Translations under genes and position numbers: made by a program
Notes under the pieces: generated by a model
The model's database searches: none
What the model was told of the DNA's origin: nothing
What the model saw: the letters and a program-made list of their open reading frames with translations, nothing else
Part shown: positions 38,259 to 52,600 of the stretch, in pieces
Layout of the letters: the number at the start of each line of letters is the position of its first letter
Numbering within the stretch: position 1 is the stretch's first letter
Assembly: GCA_047967505.1 (NCBI GenBank)
Contig: CM106538.1
DNA from: Dipteris shenzhenensis
Lineage: Eukaryota
Direction: 5' to 3' (one strand)
DNA length: 64,000 nt

Positions 38259-41200
38259 TGTGGGGGTTAAAGGCCACTGTACCTTAACCCCGATTATGTA
38301 CAATACTCAAACACATATATATATGGATGACATAGAAGATTAGGGTGTCCTACACCCACTAAAACTTGTGTGACTCTCTTTTATGTCTCTTTCCCTCTCT
38401 CTCATCATCTTCCATTGCACTTCTGTTGTTGAGATCTCTCAATTGGTATCAAAGTGTGGGTGTTCTAGCTGAGGTCCAGGTGTGAGCCTAGAGCCTGAAG
38501 TCTGCTGGCTATAGCTCTGTGGGAGGAAGGAGAAGCTCCGTTGGGTGTCTTTACCTACATCTTGATGTGTAGAGACCTTGAAGAAACCTTTGGAAAGTTC
38601 TCTGAGTGGTTTTTTTGCAAGCCAGAAGGTAGTTTTGAGGCAAAAAGAGTGATGAAAATGTCTTTCTCTAGAAGCTAAATCTCGCTCTGAGATCAAAAGC
38701 AAAGTTGTAGAAAACTTTAAGGACTTCATTTTTCTTTTTTACATCTCTATCATTCGAGTTTTCAGTGAAAAGTTACAACTCCTACAAAAAGTGACAAAAT
38801 TCAATTTCCTGCGTGGATTTTGTGTGTTGGATCACTTGTGTGACTCTCTCTTCTGGTTCTCCCTCTCTCTCTCACCTTCTTCCATTCTGCTTCCATTGTT
38901 CAAATTTCTCAACTGTTATCAAAGCGCGGGTGTTCTAGCTGAGCTCGGGTGTGAGCCTGGAGCCCGAAGTCTGCTGCTACAGCTCTATGGGAGAAAGGAG
39001 AAGCTCCGTTGGGTTTCTTTACCTGCATCTTGATGTGCAGAGACCTTGCACAAACCTTTCAAAAGTTCTCTGAGTGGTTTTTCTTGCAAGCCAAGAGGTA
39101 GTTTTTGAGACAAAAAGACAGTCTATTTTAGACCTGAGAGTCTTGTGATGAAGATATCTTTCTCTAGAAGCTAAATCACACCCTGATATCAAAGGCAAAG
39201 TTGTAGAAGACTTTGAGTACTTCATTTTTTGTTCTTACATCTCTGTCATCCGAGTTCTCAGTGAAAAGTTACAGCTCCTGTAAAAAGTGACGAAATTTAA
39301 TTTTCTACACGGATTTCGTGTGTTGGATCTCCATATCCAAGCCACCATTTCCATTTCAGACACTCCTTGTGGATTTAGAGTAATCTAAAACTTCTACCTG
39401 TGAAGCTACTTCCGATTCCGTGAAGTTCTGAAGCTGTAGTGAAGCTCTGTCTACTCCAACGTCTTCAGAAGGGCTCTATGGTTTTGACCAGGGTTGCCAA
39501 GTGTCGGACATTGTATCCCTTACATGGATCTGGGGTGTCTAATCATGTTGTTGCAATAAGTGAGTAGCCAAGTACTTCTTTGTGGCATTGCCGGTTGGGG
39601 CACATGAGCCAGAATGGAATGAAACTCTTATGCCATTTGGGTTATGTACCGCATTTGAGTTTTTCTGATTTTGAATTTTGTGAGCACTATCTTTATGGGA
39701 AGCAGAATAAATCAGCTAATAAAAGAAGGGGAAAGAAAGAGCTTGAAAACCTTGATTTGGTGCATTCAGACGTATGTGGTCCCATGCCTACACAGTCATT
39801 AGGCAGGGCTAAATACTATGTGACATTCATTGATGATGCAACTAGGAAAGTATGGGCTTATGCTATAGCTCAAAAGAGCGATCTGTTCCACGTATTTCAA
39901 AAATGGTTGGCTTAAAATTAGTCAGGTAGAACGCTTAAATGCTTACGGACTGATAATGGTGGAGAGTATATCTCTCATGACTTTCAGCATTTCTGTGAGA
40001 CACGTGGGATCAAGATGGAGCTCACATCCCCTCGTACTCCAGAATAGAATCCAGTTGCAGAACAAATGAACCGCACCATTCAGGAAAGGTTGCAATTTAT
40101 GCTTTCCAATGAAAGTCTTTCTGGTGGTTTTTGGACTAAGGCAATGAAGACTACAATGCATGTGATCAATAGATCACCTAGCAAGAGTTTGGATGGTGAT
40201 ATTCCTGAAGAGGCATGGAGTGGCAAGAAACCCTCTTACTCTCATTTGCGTATATTTGGGTGTGAGACATATGCACACGTGCCAAAAGAGCTTTGAAAGA
40301 AGCTAGATCCTAAGTCTAGGAAATGCATCTTTTTGGGTTATGGTGAAAGTGGAGAGATGGGCTATCGTCTCTGGGATTTAGAAGCAAAGAAAATCATATG
40401 AAGCCATGATGTGGTCTTCAATGAGAAGAAGATGCATAAGACACCCATGAGGGATGTGGAAATGAGGAGAATCACATTCCAGGATGTGAATCCACCCGCA
40501 TATGTTGATAGATAACAAGCTGTCCATGCACCGAATGTGCAGGATATGGTGCCAGTAGGTACTCCCACAGGTACACAATCAAGGGCAAATGATGGATCAT
40601 CTATTGGTGGCAATGATGAGCCAAATGTGGCTGATATGAAGGTGGGACAGCAAGCTGAAATGCCCTTGAGAAGAACATCTAGAGTGTCTAGATCGCCTGA
40701 GAGATTTATTCCAGGGGTAGACTATGTGATGCTTACTGATTGTGGGGAGCCTTCTTGCTATAGAGAGGCTATGATGCACAAGGATCAATGCAAGTGGGAG
40801 TATGCTATGCAATCAAAGATGAGTTCACTCATACAAAATAAGACTTGGGACTTGGTTTCTTTGCCACATGGAAAGAAAGCATTGCCATGTAAATGGGTCT
40901 ATAAGATGAAGATCACAGGTGATGATGTGCCTAAGTATAAGGTCCATTTGGTTGCTAAAGGTTTCAAGCAAGAGAAGGGTGTGGACTTTGATGAGATATT
41001 CTCTCCAGTTGTGAAGATGACCACACTTAGATGTGTACTTGGACTTGTGGCAACAAAGGATATGGAGCTTATGCAGATGGATGTCAAGACAACTTTCTTG
41101 CATGGGGATTTGCATGAGGAAATTTACATGGTACAGCCGGAAGGCTTTGAAGAAAAGGGCAAAGAGCATTTGGTTTGCAAGCTAAAAAAGAGTCTCTATG

Positions 41201-42531
41201 GCCTTAAGCAAGTGCCTAGAGAATGGTACACAAGTTTGATGCTTTCATTCGGTCCTAGGGTTTCAAAAGAAGTGAGATTGATCACTACCTCTACACTACA
41301 AGGGCTAAGGATAATAGCCTAATACTCTGGGCACTTTATGTGGATGATATGTTACTGGCTAGCAAGAATATTTATGAGCTTGATGCATTGAAGGCCAAGT
41401 TGCATGAGGCCTTTGACATGAAGGATTTGGGTCCTGTAGGTCATATTCTTGGTATGCGCATCACGCGTGACCAAAGTAGGAAACTCCTTTGGCTTTCACA
41501 GAAGGAGTATGTTATAAAAGTATTGCAACGTTTCAATATGGAGGGGGGGAAGGCAGTAAGTACTCCATTTCCTCCATATGTAAAATTGAGTCAAGCAGAT
41601 AGTCTCAAATTAGAGGAGAGGGCCATGATGGCCAAGGTTCCTTATGCATCAGCAGTTGGGACTCTTATGTATGCTATGATAGCTACTACTAGACCAGACA
41701 TTGCATTTACAATGGGAGTTGTTAGTCAGTATATGACTAATCCAAGAAAGAGGCATTAGGAAGCAGTTAAGTGCATCATGAGGTACATGAAGGGTACAAG
41801 GAGGTGTGTATCTTCTTTGACAGAGAAGAGATGCATGTATTTGGGTACACAGATTCAGACTATGCAAGGCATGTGGATAGCAGGAGATCCACTTCTGGTT
41901 ATGTGTTCACCTTTGTAGGTGGTGCACTGTCTTGGATGTCTCGCGCATAGAAGTGCATTGCTTTGTCTACCACAGAGGCTAAGTATGTTGCAACCATAGA
42001 GGGTTGCAAGGAGGCTATATGGCTCGATCGGCTAGTGAGAGATTTGGGGATTCATACAGGTGTACCGACATTGCATAGTGATTCCATGAGTGCTATTCAG
42101 CTTGCATGGAATCCGGTCTTTCATGCAAAGACCAAACACATTGAGGTCAGGTACCATTTTATTAGGGAGGTACTTGAGGACAAGCGCATAGAGCTTATCA
42201 AGGTTTATACAAATGATAACCCTGCAGATATGCTAATGAAGAGTCTACCTAGTCAATGGTTTGAGTATTGTCATGTATTGATGGGCATTGGATAGTATGC
42301 TCATTGGTTATTCTCCCTTAAAGGCACGTTGCCCTTTAAGTGGGGGGTTGTGGGGGTTAAAGGCCACTTTACCTTAACCCTGGTTATGTACAATACTTAA
42401 ACACATATATATATGGATGACATAAAAGATTAGGGTGTTCTATACCCACCAAAACTTGTGTGACTCTCTCTTCTAGCTCTCCCTCTCTCTCTCACCTTCT
42501 TCTATTCTGCTTCCATTGTTGAGATCTCTCA
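38259..42531 (+). mobile_element. Copia element C (Tnt1/Tork-like pol, lacking gag and protease), nested in element A; TSD ACATT/ACGTT
   Basis: 183-bp LTRs at 38259-38441 and 42349-42531; PBS tggtatcaaag at 38444; PPT aagtgggggg; duplicated U5-PBS-leader at ~38834-39330. Confidence 0.9.
39480..42295 (+). pseudogene. pol: Copia pol of element C (GAG-pre, integrase, RT, RNase H)
   Basis: WHCRLGHMS, LVHSDVCGP, DNGGEY, QMDVKTTFLHGDL, YVDDML, KTKHIEVRYHF, NPADMLMK; several stops and frameshifts. Confidence 0.92.
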
Positions 42532-45146
42532 ACGTTCCCCTTTTGAATTGCAATCAATGTCAAGATAAATTGTCTCAGTCTTTTGCATATCCTCACTTAC
42601 AAGAAACATACGTTGAGGTTCATTGGCAAAATTATTGTGACTCAAATGTCCACCGCAATGATTTCCTCTTCCATGGAAATTTCCTTGATTACGATTGGAT
42701 TGACCTCCTTGGTCATACTGCTTCTTGCGGTAGCAATCTCTTTCATAGTGTCCAAACTTATGACAGTAGTTGGACTAAATGTTTGTCACGTTGGTGGATC
42801 CATTCCCTCTTCTTGAATCTTCCTCTGTTGGAATGATTTCCTCTTGGATGATGCTGATGATAATGGTGATGTTGATCCTGATGCTATGATGATGACTCCT
42901 TCTCTGAGATGCTCTACCTCTACCTCTACCTCTACCTCTCCCTCTACCTTTACCTCTATCTGAAGTTGTGAATGCTTTATCATTGGAATGACCTTCGCAT
43001 GCTTGAATGGCCTGTGTCCTGAGTTCTTCACCAAGTAACACTGACCGAAGCTATTCTAGTGTCAAAATTTGCCACTGAATGGCAATACTCTAGACTAGAT
43101 TCTTATATCCCTCTCCTAGACCATTCAGGATGACTTGGACCATTTCTACGAGACTCATAGTCTCTCTTGCTACTGCTGTGAGTTGATTGTTGTAATCCTT
43201 GATTTTGAGTACCTAACCATGACCACTTTCATTTCTATTGCGAAAACTCTGGTTGATCTGGTTTCTCAGTGTGAGAGAATTGGATGTGTGACTCATAAAG
43301 AGGTGCGAATATATCCCATGCTTCTTTTGATGTCTTCACTATGTTGAGCTATCCTAGCATGACATCTTGCTGAATGTTTTTGATCAAATGATATGCATGC
43401 CACATGTCAAGTTGCAAGCCTCAAGGATGGGATAACCTTGCCACGTGTTGCTGTTTGAGGACACTGGAATGTTTGTAGATTTTGAACAGAATCTTCGAGG
43501 ATGCTGACAAAATCTTTGTGTTTCCATCGTCGTGGAGCCTGACTATCATGGGCTTTACCCTTGCAGGAGCTTGTGGGTTTGTCATCGTTGCATTATAGCA
43601 TTGTCACTATGTGTGTGTGAGAGGGACTCTGAAGCTGTGTGAGTCTTTGGTCCTTCTATAGAGTTTGTCGATGGATCCGTGTTAAGTCATCAAGTTAGCA
43701 GCTAGGCTGGCATGTTGTCATAGACATTTGTGTGGCCACCTCTATCTGTAAAGTCTCCCTATTGTAGTAATTTGGCATGGCTAAGGCATTCGCACTTTCC
43801 TGTTCATTGGGAGCCCCCGTTGTTGCTTGTTTGTAGCCTACTATGGCCATCCATTGGAGAATTATAGTCATATTTAGCTTTGGTTGAAGGTCACCAGTTG
43901 AAGCTAACATTGGAGTTTGGTGTGTCTGGCACAGGGTGCAAATCATTGAAGGGCTCTAGGCATTTCATGAGTCGCTAGCATTTCCGATTGATGGGACCCG
44001 CTTGCAAGCAGAGTGCTTGCAACATGGTTAGCACTACAGAAGTTGGCCGCCTTAGTCGCCATGGGAGTAGTAGTTTGCTTGTATGTGGGTCTTTGATAGG
44101 CGCAGTTGCGTCGTGTTGTAGGTAGCTCAGTCAATTGAGCCTAGAAATGCTTTGTTGCTTGCAAATTGATGGAGACTATCTTGGTGCATAGAAGCCATAG
44201 GATAGTCAAGTTGATGTCGACCTATAGATAGCTTGTTGTAGAAGTCGAGGCTGTCAAAGCTTGTAGCTTAGCTTGAGATGTCATTGTAGAAGACCTCATT
44301 GTAGGCTTGTGCTATGCTTGGTTGTGCCAGTGGTTGCTCGTTTTGCTGTAGATCATTGTTGCAATTGTACCAATCAGTTGGTTGACTAGCTCTTAAAGAA
44401 ACCTTAAATCTCTCTCTTAGATAGAGTTCATGGCTTTCTCCAAGAAGATAAAATCTCTCTCACACAAGCAAGAAGTCTCTCACATTCCTTTATTCCTCAC
44501 ACAAATGAAAGAGAAATAGACAAAAACTTTGAAAGGAATATGAATCTCTTCATGAACTCTCAAAGAAGAAGAAGAAGAATAGATGGAATTCATCTCAAAT
44601 GGAAGGAATTGTGTGAGAGAAATTTCTCTCAAAGGAAATATTTCATCATTGGAATGAAAGGATGCTCACTGAATCGATCTCTCAATCTCTCACGAGGATC
44701 TTGATGCCTCAACAGAAGGCAAGGGAGCTTTGATACCATGAAGAAATATGGAGAGAGGAGAGGAGTAGAGTGGAGATGAGGAGAGAGAGCATAGCTAGAG
44801 AGCACACCACAAATGACTAATTGTACAGTGGTATTAGTTTGAAATGATGAATATATACAAACCCCTTTAGGGTTAGGGCTAGCATTAGGGTTTCCAACCC
44901 TTTCCTTTTTAGCACTCTTTTGGGTTAGTGCTATGCACATATCATAACATGATGTTGAGATGGTTCCTCAACAATATGATGGATATAACCTACATTGGAA
45001 AACAAGCCTAAATATCTAATTCATTAATAATGTTATGCTCATAACTCTTATGCTCTACCCAATCGGTTTTAGCCATTGTATCTCTATTTTTATTTTTCTC
45101 TCACTTCTCCCCCTTTCTTATCGACAGAGTGTAAGGGGACAAGAAA

Positions 45147-45166
45147 TGTGTGTGTGTGTGTGTGTG

Positions 45167-45212
<46 letters not shown>
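45147..45212. repeat. (TG)n microsatellite
   Basis: TG run with one CA interruption. Confidence 0.97.
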
Positions 45213-45215
<3 letters not shown>

Positions 45216-46659
45216 AAATAGAAACCTATTAACAACATGGCACATGATGCTCAAATAAAGGTGGACAAAAACTTTTTTATTATATGGATGCTCATAACAT
45301 ATGACTACAATCGGTACAAAAAAGTGTTGAATCCATCTAGTAGCCTAGGCTCCAAGGTCGAGGTCCACTTACCTATCACCATCCATAGAAAACCATTTGT
45401 TAGAACAAATTTGGCATCATGTGTTAGAATTATTGCTATACTCTAGGCAATGAGACCAATGTAATCCATAAGTGAGTTAGGGAAACTTTTTGCTCACTAG
45501 AGGTTTTTCCCCTTAACCACACAATTAGTGGGTTAGTGTGGTTTTGTCACTTAGACAAAACAACCTCCACTCTTGTATGTTTCTTATCTCTTCTATTTCA
45601 CACTATGTTTACACTTCAGCTCTCTTGCTTTCATCTACTTGTCTATGCATTTTCTCACATTTGGTATCAGAGCCTTGTTAAGCTCCTACCTCTAGCCCAA
45701 GCTCCTGTCATTCATGCTTGTTGCTCGTGCTCCTACTGCTATTGTTTGTCCGTACAACAAATCTATACTATTGTGCCAACCATCTGTATAATGTATGGAT
45801 TTCCATACTAGCACTGACAATCTGTATGCTTGTCACCTGTAGAGCACATGCATGGTGCTACATACTATTCCATATCTGCTTCATCGTATAGCTCCATTAA
45901 AGCTATCATGCATTCCGTACGTTGACATCGCCATACATCCGTACGCAGTTAGCTCCATATACCACATTTCTGTACCAGCTTACTGTACAACACCTCCGTA
46001 CCTACATGCTTTGTACCAGCCGTTCACCCGTTGGGGGCTCCGTACAACTGCTCTACCAGTACCAGCTGTACAACTGTTGGGCTTCATCCAACTCCAGTCT
46101 GCACTAGCCATACCATCTCTTACAACTAGTATGGGCTAGTTGTTCTATGCAGGGTCATTTTTTGCAGGTACATTTTGGAGGGAGCCATTGATTGGCAACT
46201 CAAATTTGCAGCTTCCTCATGAATTTGCCCCAATTCTAGCTCAATCTTGTCATGAAATTTGGGGCTTTTTTTTAACATTGCTTTTGTTTTTACACTGCAA
46301 TTTCTTGCAAATTTGGGGCTTTCAGATAATTTGTCCTCTTTTGGATGCAATTTCCCTAAAGAAATTTGGGGATTTTGCATTTTGGATGCAATTTGGCAGT
46401 GGACAGACAATTTGGAGATTTGTACGTAATTTTGGACTCAGAGTGAGTAACATTGTAGACATTTGCCAATTTTTGCAGACAGATTTTGTAGATTTTGGGC
46501 ATTTGCAGAGAATTCTAGTGCATTTTAAGCCTTTTATAGGTTGAGATAGCAAGCTGTCATTTTGGGTGGATTTTTTGTAGATTTAGGTTGTGCATCTTTA
46601 ATCCCAAGAAGAGATTTCACTTGTCAAGTTTGCTATATTTTGTGTTTTGATTGGCAGAT

Positions 46660-49600
46660 ATGGCTCAGAACAACCCGAATGAGGTTTTTGGTATCCTCAC
46701 ACAGGAGGATAAGTTGGATGGCACCAACTACTCCTTATGGAGTTTTATAGTTCACAATATCTTAGTTGGAAAACACTTATGGGATTATGTCAACGGGGAT
46801 GAGACATAGCCACAGACTATGGTTGCACCTATCACCCCTCGTCAACAAGGTGGAGGAAGGGGTAGAGGTCAAGCACAAGGTGCAAGACAAGTGTTAGGTG
46901 TAGTAGCTGTTGCATTGGTGCCTCCCACCCAAGAACAGAAAAGGTGGAATTCACGTGATGCACAAGCTCTTTCAGTTATCTCCCTTTCTGTCAAAAGGTT
47001 GATCATGCAAGACCTCAAAGGCAGCTTGGGATATTTTGGAGAGTATGTTTGTAGCCAAAAATGATGCCAGGGTCTCTTTCCTGAAGAGAGAGCTATCTCA
47101 CACACATATGGATGAGGGTGACTCAATGAATGATCACCTCACCAAGCTTTAGGATTTAAGGGAACAATCGCCAAATATAGATGAGATCAGTCCTGATTCA
47201 AAGATGATTACCACCACTCTGAATTCTCTTCCTGAGTTGTATCTCGATTTTTATATCTCGTTGAATTTGTCACTGCGGGAGGGTGGCAATCCTCTCTCTT
47301 TTCACGAGTTGATAGGACTCTTGTTGCATGAGGAGCAAACCAAGAAGAACATGTCCACACGGGCTGGCAAGCATGCCATGCTTTCAAAATTTAGGACCAA
47401 AGGGAAAGGGCATCAAAAGCAACATGCAAATCAGCTTACACATGAGCATAAAGGTGATCCTGGACAGCCCTCTCACAAGGCTAAAGGTGATGCAGAGAAG
47501 AGAATAGCAAGAAGTCACGTATTTGTCACTACTGGAAGAAGTCGGGTCACTACATTGGTGAAAGCAAGAAGAGAATAGCAAAGGCAAATAAAAATGATCC
47601 AGGTATGGCTCTCAGATGCATCAATCCCTCCTACACATGAAGGAGCTAAAGCTATAGCCAACTTTGTGGAAGAGAATTATGCCTTTTTGTCTTGCATTTC
47701 AGATTTTCCAGTGGCTGGTCTAGATACTACAGCCACTCTTGATGATGACTCATATGCTTTCCTAACTTGCAGCTATGACCCTTCGAAGGATGCATCCACT
47801 TTCAGTGTCAATGAGACAATAACACAGTATTTTGATAGTGGTGCATCCAAGAACATATCTTCTAGAAAGTGTCTTCTGCATGCACCACCCACTAGAAAGA
47901 GGGTGACCTATGCTAATAATTCTTCTTATTCAGTTTGTGGAGTGAGTGAGGTTGTATTTACCTCCACAGAAGGCACAGATTTCATAGTTTTTGATGTTCT
48001 TTATGTGCCTAGTATCAAAAAGAATTTACTTTCTGTATTCTTGCTCAATCAAGAAGTGTCCAGTCTAAGAAAAAGAAAATGATTATGCTCTAATGTTGTC
48101 TGGAACTTTGTATTGAGGTCTTTTTCAGCTTGATGTTTATGATGAGAAAAGATCTGATCTTACACTTGCAGTAATCACTCCCACTGCTGCCATGCAAAAT
48201 GCGAAGTTATGGCATGCCAGATATGGACACATGAGCTATGGCAGCTTGATGACACTTCAGAAGCATGCTATGGTCGATGCATTGTCTCCTTTGGAGTCAC
48301 CTCCTCCTCATGCCTATGAAGGGTGCATCCTTCGTAAGATGCATAGATTTTCCTTCAAAAAGGATGGTGCAGTACGAGCTGTCTGAAAATTACAGCTCAT
48401 ACATAGTGATGTCTGTGGTCCCATGAGGCCACCTGTTTTGGGTGGTTATCTATATCATGTCACATTTATAGGTGACTACGCAAATTACACTTGAGTCTAT
48501 GGCTTGAAGAAAAAATCACGTGTTTATGCATTTCAAACACTTTGTGGCCAAGGTTGAAAATAAGACAGGACTCAAGGTGTAGACACTATGCACTGATAGA
48601 GGGGGTGTCAAAGTGTGGATCGTACTAGCCTAATCTATCACTTAAGGAGCATAAAGATCATGGAGGATCAAACCAAATATGGAAGGCCATGGAGAGAGAG
48701 ACAGGAAGTATGAAACACTCAATCTATTCCAATGTGCTATTCTCAACCATACATGATAGGCCTCTTATATAGAGAGTGCCCTTTGAATAGTCAACACATG
48801 TGTGATCCTCTCATCCACATCTCTCCTTGTGGATATCCTCAATCCACATCTCCACATCATGTAGTCCACATCCTAAGGTGGCTACTTTAATACATTCCTA
48901 TACCATACCTTAGCCCTTTAATCTATGTGCTCATGGCACCATATCTCAACACCTCCCCTTGGTGCCATGATCCTTTGGCTACTGCAAGGTGGTCAGATGT
49001 GAGTTACATTCCATCACCTCCCCTTAGTGCATGCATTGCTACTTAAGGTGGTAAAGTGTGGCTTTTACATGTCAGTACCTCCCCTGGGTGCTTGCATAGC
49101 TACTCTCAGGTGGTCAGGTTTGATTCACAAAATATAGACAAGGTTGGCAAGGTTTTTGTTTCTCAACACATTCCATTGATGTCACCTTTTGGCTCATGGC
49201 TTGATGATGACTCCACGTAGTTGACTTGTTGATTCTTCAATCTGCAATCTTCTTCCTTGTGTAGCTTCATGCATGATGCTTTGTTCTTCCATGTGCCTTG
49301 ATGCTTTATGTGTGGATGCCATGTTTCGGGCTATGGTCATCTCATACACTTGTGCTTTTGGCATGCTTTTTACATCGATGTTTGCATTCATGCTTTGCTT
49401 TCCCAATGGTTGCAAAGGTCTTACCAATTGATTTCTTTCAATATTGGCAGTGTCTAATTGCATACAATGATTCTGATTTGACAGGCACGTAGAGCTTGAA
49501 AATACGATCACTTTTCCTTTTTGGAGCGCATGCAAATTCCTTCTGGATTGCAAGTTACGACTTGTCAAAGCTTCTGTGAAGAAGGGGGTCTTGATGATGT

Positions 49601-52600
49601 GGCATAGGAGTTCATATCCTGCTTACAAACTATGCTTGGCAAGGGTTACTATGCTGAGGTGGCCCTATGCCATGTGGCATGACTTTGACCAAACCTGAAA
49701 CTCAACCAAGGTCTAACTGAACCAAACCCTGGGTAACCTAACCAAACTCTTTGAAGTCAAGGTTAGTTAAACTCAACCATGGTCCAACTAAACTGAACCT
49801 AGCATAAACTTAATCAAGGTTGAACTTAACCACAGTTAAAGCCCTTATCTGCCACGTGTCCTCATCCTCTGCACACCTCGGGTCAGATGAACTTAACCAA
49901 GGTTAAACTTAACCCCATACAAATCCTACCTTATCTGCCACGTGGATGTCAACGGGGTTGCCACGTGGCTTAAGGTTTACAACCTTAGAAAAGAGAAAAG
50001 CTTTGAAGCTTTCTCTGCGCGTGACGGCGATGGCGGCATGGGCGTGGCGACAGCAACTGCTTCCTCCTCGTGCTTTAGCTTCTTCTAACACCTTGCTGCC
50101 TGTGCTACTTGCTGGTGTAGGTTTTTGATGTTGGAGCAGCTGCTGGTCGTCGTTTCATTGGCATTGCTTGGCGTTGGCGCAATTCGTTGTTGGTTGCTGT
50201 GGAGATGGAGCCCATGGAGAAGCACTACCGGTGGCTATTGAGGGCTATGGACATTGCGTACTGGCAGAAGGAGCCACTGCAGATCCAGGCTGGAGGTCGC
50301 TGGCAGAAGGTCATTGTTGATGGAGCCGGCTACTGCTGTAGGAAGACTAGTGCTGCTGTGTGTGTGTGGCTGTCGGGATGTTGCTGCCCGGCAGCCTAGT
50401 TGTTGGATCTAGACCTTGCTGATCAGAGTAGCACCGATCACGAACATAAAGAAGTTGCAACGCTATGGCATGGCCAGAAGGTAGAATAAGTAATCGAGGT
50501 GCCCTCGATTGAGGTCGTCTGCTAGCCAATCTTCATGCCCCAGACTTTGATTCCACTTGGATGACCCGTAATCCTGCGAGCTCTGGGCACAGGCTGAGGC
50601 AATTCGTTGGCTGCAGTTTGAAGGCTGTCGCTCAAGTGGAGGTCACCTTTGCTGGCTGCGTTTTGAATACAGTAGAGTCTTGTAGTCGAGGTTTGAAGAG
50701 TAGGGTAGGACTGAGAAGACCTTCTCTCTCTCACACACAATGAAAGATTTCTCTCTCTTTCAGATCTTTCTTTCTCAGAAATCTAAAGCTCTCAATGAAC
50801 ATTGAAAGAATCCACCATGAACTTGAACTATCTCATGGATAGAATCTCACAAACTCTCCCTAACATCAAGATAAGAGAGTGTCACTCACTCTAAACTACC
50901 TAGGCTTGTGGGCAACCTATGCTCTGATACCATGTCAAAGTGTGGATCGTACTAGCCTAATCTATCACTTAAGGAGCATAAAGATCATGGAGGATCAAAC
51001 CAAATATGGAAGGCCATGGAGAGAGAGACAGGAAGTATGAAACACTCAATCTATTCCAATGTGCTATTCTCAACCATACATGATAGGCCTCTTATATAGA
51101 GAGTGCCCTTTGAATAGTCAACACATGTGTGACCCTCTCATCCACATCTCTCCTTGTGGATATCCTCAATCCACATCTCCACATCATGTAGTCCACATCC
51201 TAAGGTGGCTACTTTAATACATTCCTATACCATACCTTAGCCCTTTAATCTATGTGCTCATGGCACCATATCTCAACAGGGGGGGGTATACATCTCATGA
51301 ATTTGAGGCATTTTTGAAGGAGAAAGGCATCACACATCAGCTTATAGTGAGGCTTACCCCTCAGCAAAATGGCAAAGCTGAGCAGAAAAATATAACTATC
51401 ATGGAGATAGATAGATGCATGCTCACTAGAAAGAAGTTGCCTCACAGATTCTAGCTTGAAGGGCTCATGTGTGCCAATTATGTTTGGAATCAGGCTCCCA
51501 CAAAGGCTTTGAAGACCATCACTCCCTATGAGGCTTGGCATGGGAGAAAGCCTTCAGTGGATCATTTCTTTGTCTGTGTATGTGTTGCGTATGCCCACGT
51601 GCTTGTGGAGTTTCGACATAAGTTGTCAGATAAAGCACTGAAGTGTATTTTTGTTGGGTATAAGGCTATCGTCTGTACAATCCTACCACATGCAATATTT
51701 TTGTGAGTAGATATGTAATCTTTTCAGATAATTCAGCCCATACACATGTTGAATTCACTATTCCAGCTTCTTCAAATGATGTTTTTGAGGGGTTACTTCC
51801 CATTTCCTTGGTTTCCCCAGCTGATACTCATGCTGAAAATCAGCATTTACAACAGTCTCCTCCTGTTCCACATGCCCCGATTCAGCCACCTTCTCATTTT
51901 GTTCCTCCACAAGCAGTGGATGAAGTTGTCAAGCTAGAGATTCAAGAGATACATGCAGCAAAAATAGTTCCAAAATGGTTGCTACAAACTCTTAGGGACA
52001 ATAGACTTGAGACACCTTTGCCTAGCAAGACTCGTAGAGCAGCACAACACGAAGGGGGGGCTCTTTCCATTGAATCATCTTATGTAGGTACTCTTCTTGA
52101 TGAGAAAGAACTTGATACTTTCAAAGAAGCCAAGAATAATGTGCACTGGATGAATGCCATGCACAATTAATTGCAATCCATTGAGAAAATTAGACTTGGG
52201 ATGTTGTGAATTTGCCACCAAGAAGACATGCCATAGGTACCAAATGGGTTTTCAAAGTGAAAAGGACACCAAATGGGTTTATTGATTGGTACAAGGCATG
52301 GCTGGTTGCCAAAGGATATGCTCAAAAAAAGTGCATAGATTATGAGGAGACTTTTGCTCCTACATCTCGGATGAAAACTATCAGATCAGTTATTGCAATG
52401 GTTGCAACTTTTGTTTGGAATGTTCATCAATTGGACATAAAAATAGCTTTTCTTAATGGGGACTTGCAAGAAGAGGTTTAAGTCAAATAACCTCCTGGCT
52501 TTGAACTTTCGGGTAATGCACATCAAGTTTGCAAGCTGAATAAAGCTTTATATGGGCTGAAACAAGCCCCACGTGCATGGTATGCCAAGATTGATACCTT

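Larger units (their letters stand above)
30460..44973 (-). mobile_element. Copia element A (degenerate host of two nested insertions); 5' LTR at 44739-44973, PBS just inside; 3' LTR not found
   Basis: RNase H ~30460-30850 (KQPTVSLSSTKAEY); RT split at EEVY|IQQ by element B; integrase ~37100-37510; GAG-pre; protease WYIDSG ~37950-38250; gag ~42540-43450. Linkage of the LTR/leader to the coding part is inferred from orientation. Confidence 0.75.

Noticed and set aside
48606-51278. Cassandra TRIM or protein-coding interior
   Set aside because: No 5S-like segment in the LTRs; interior ORFs are short and not retroelement-like
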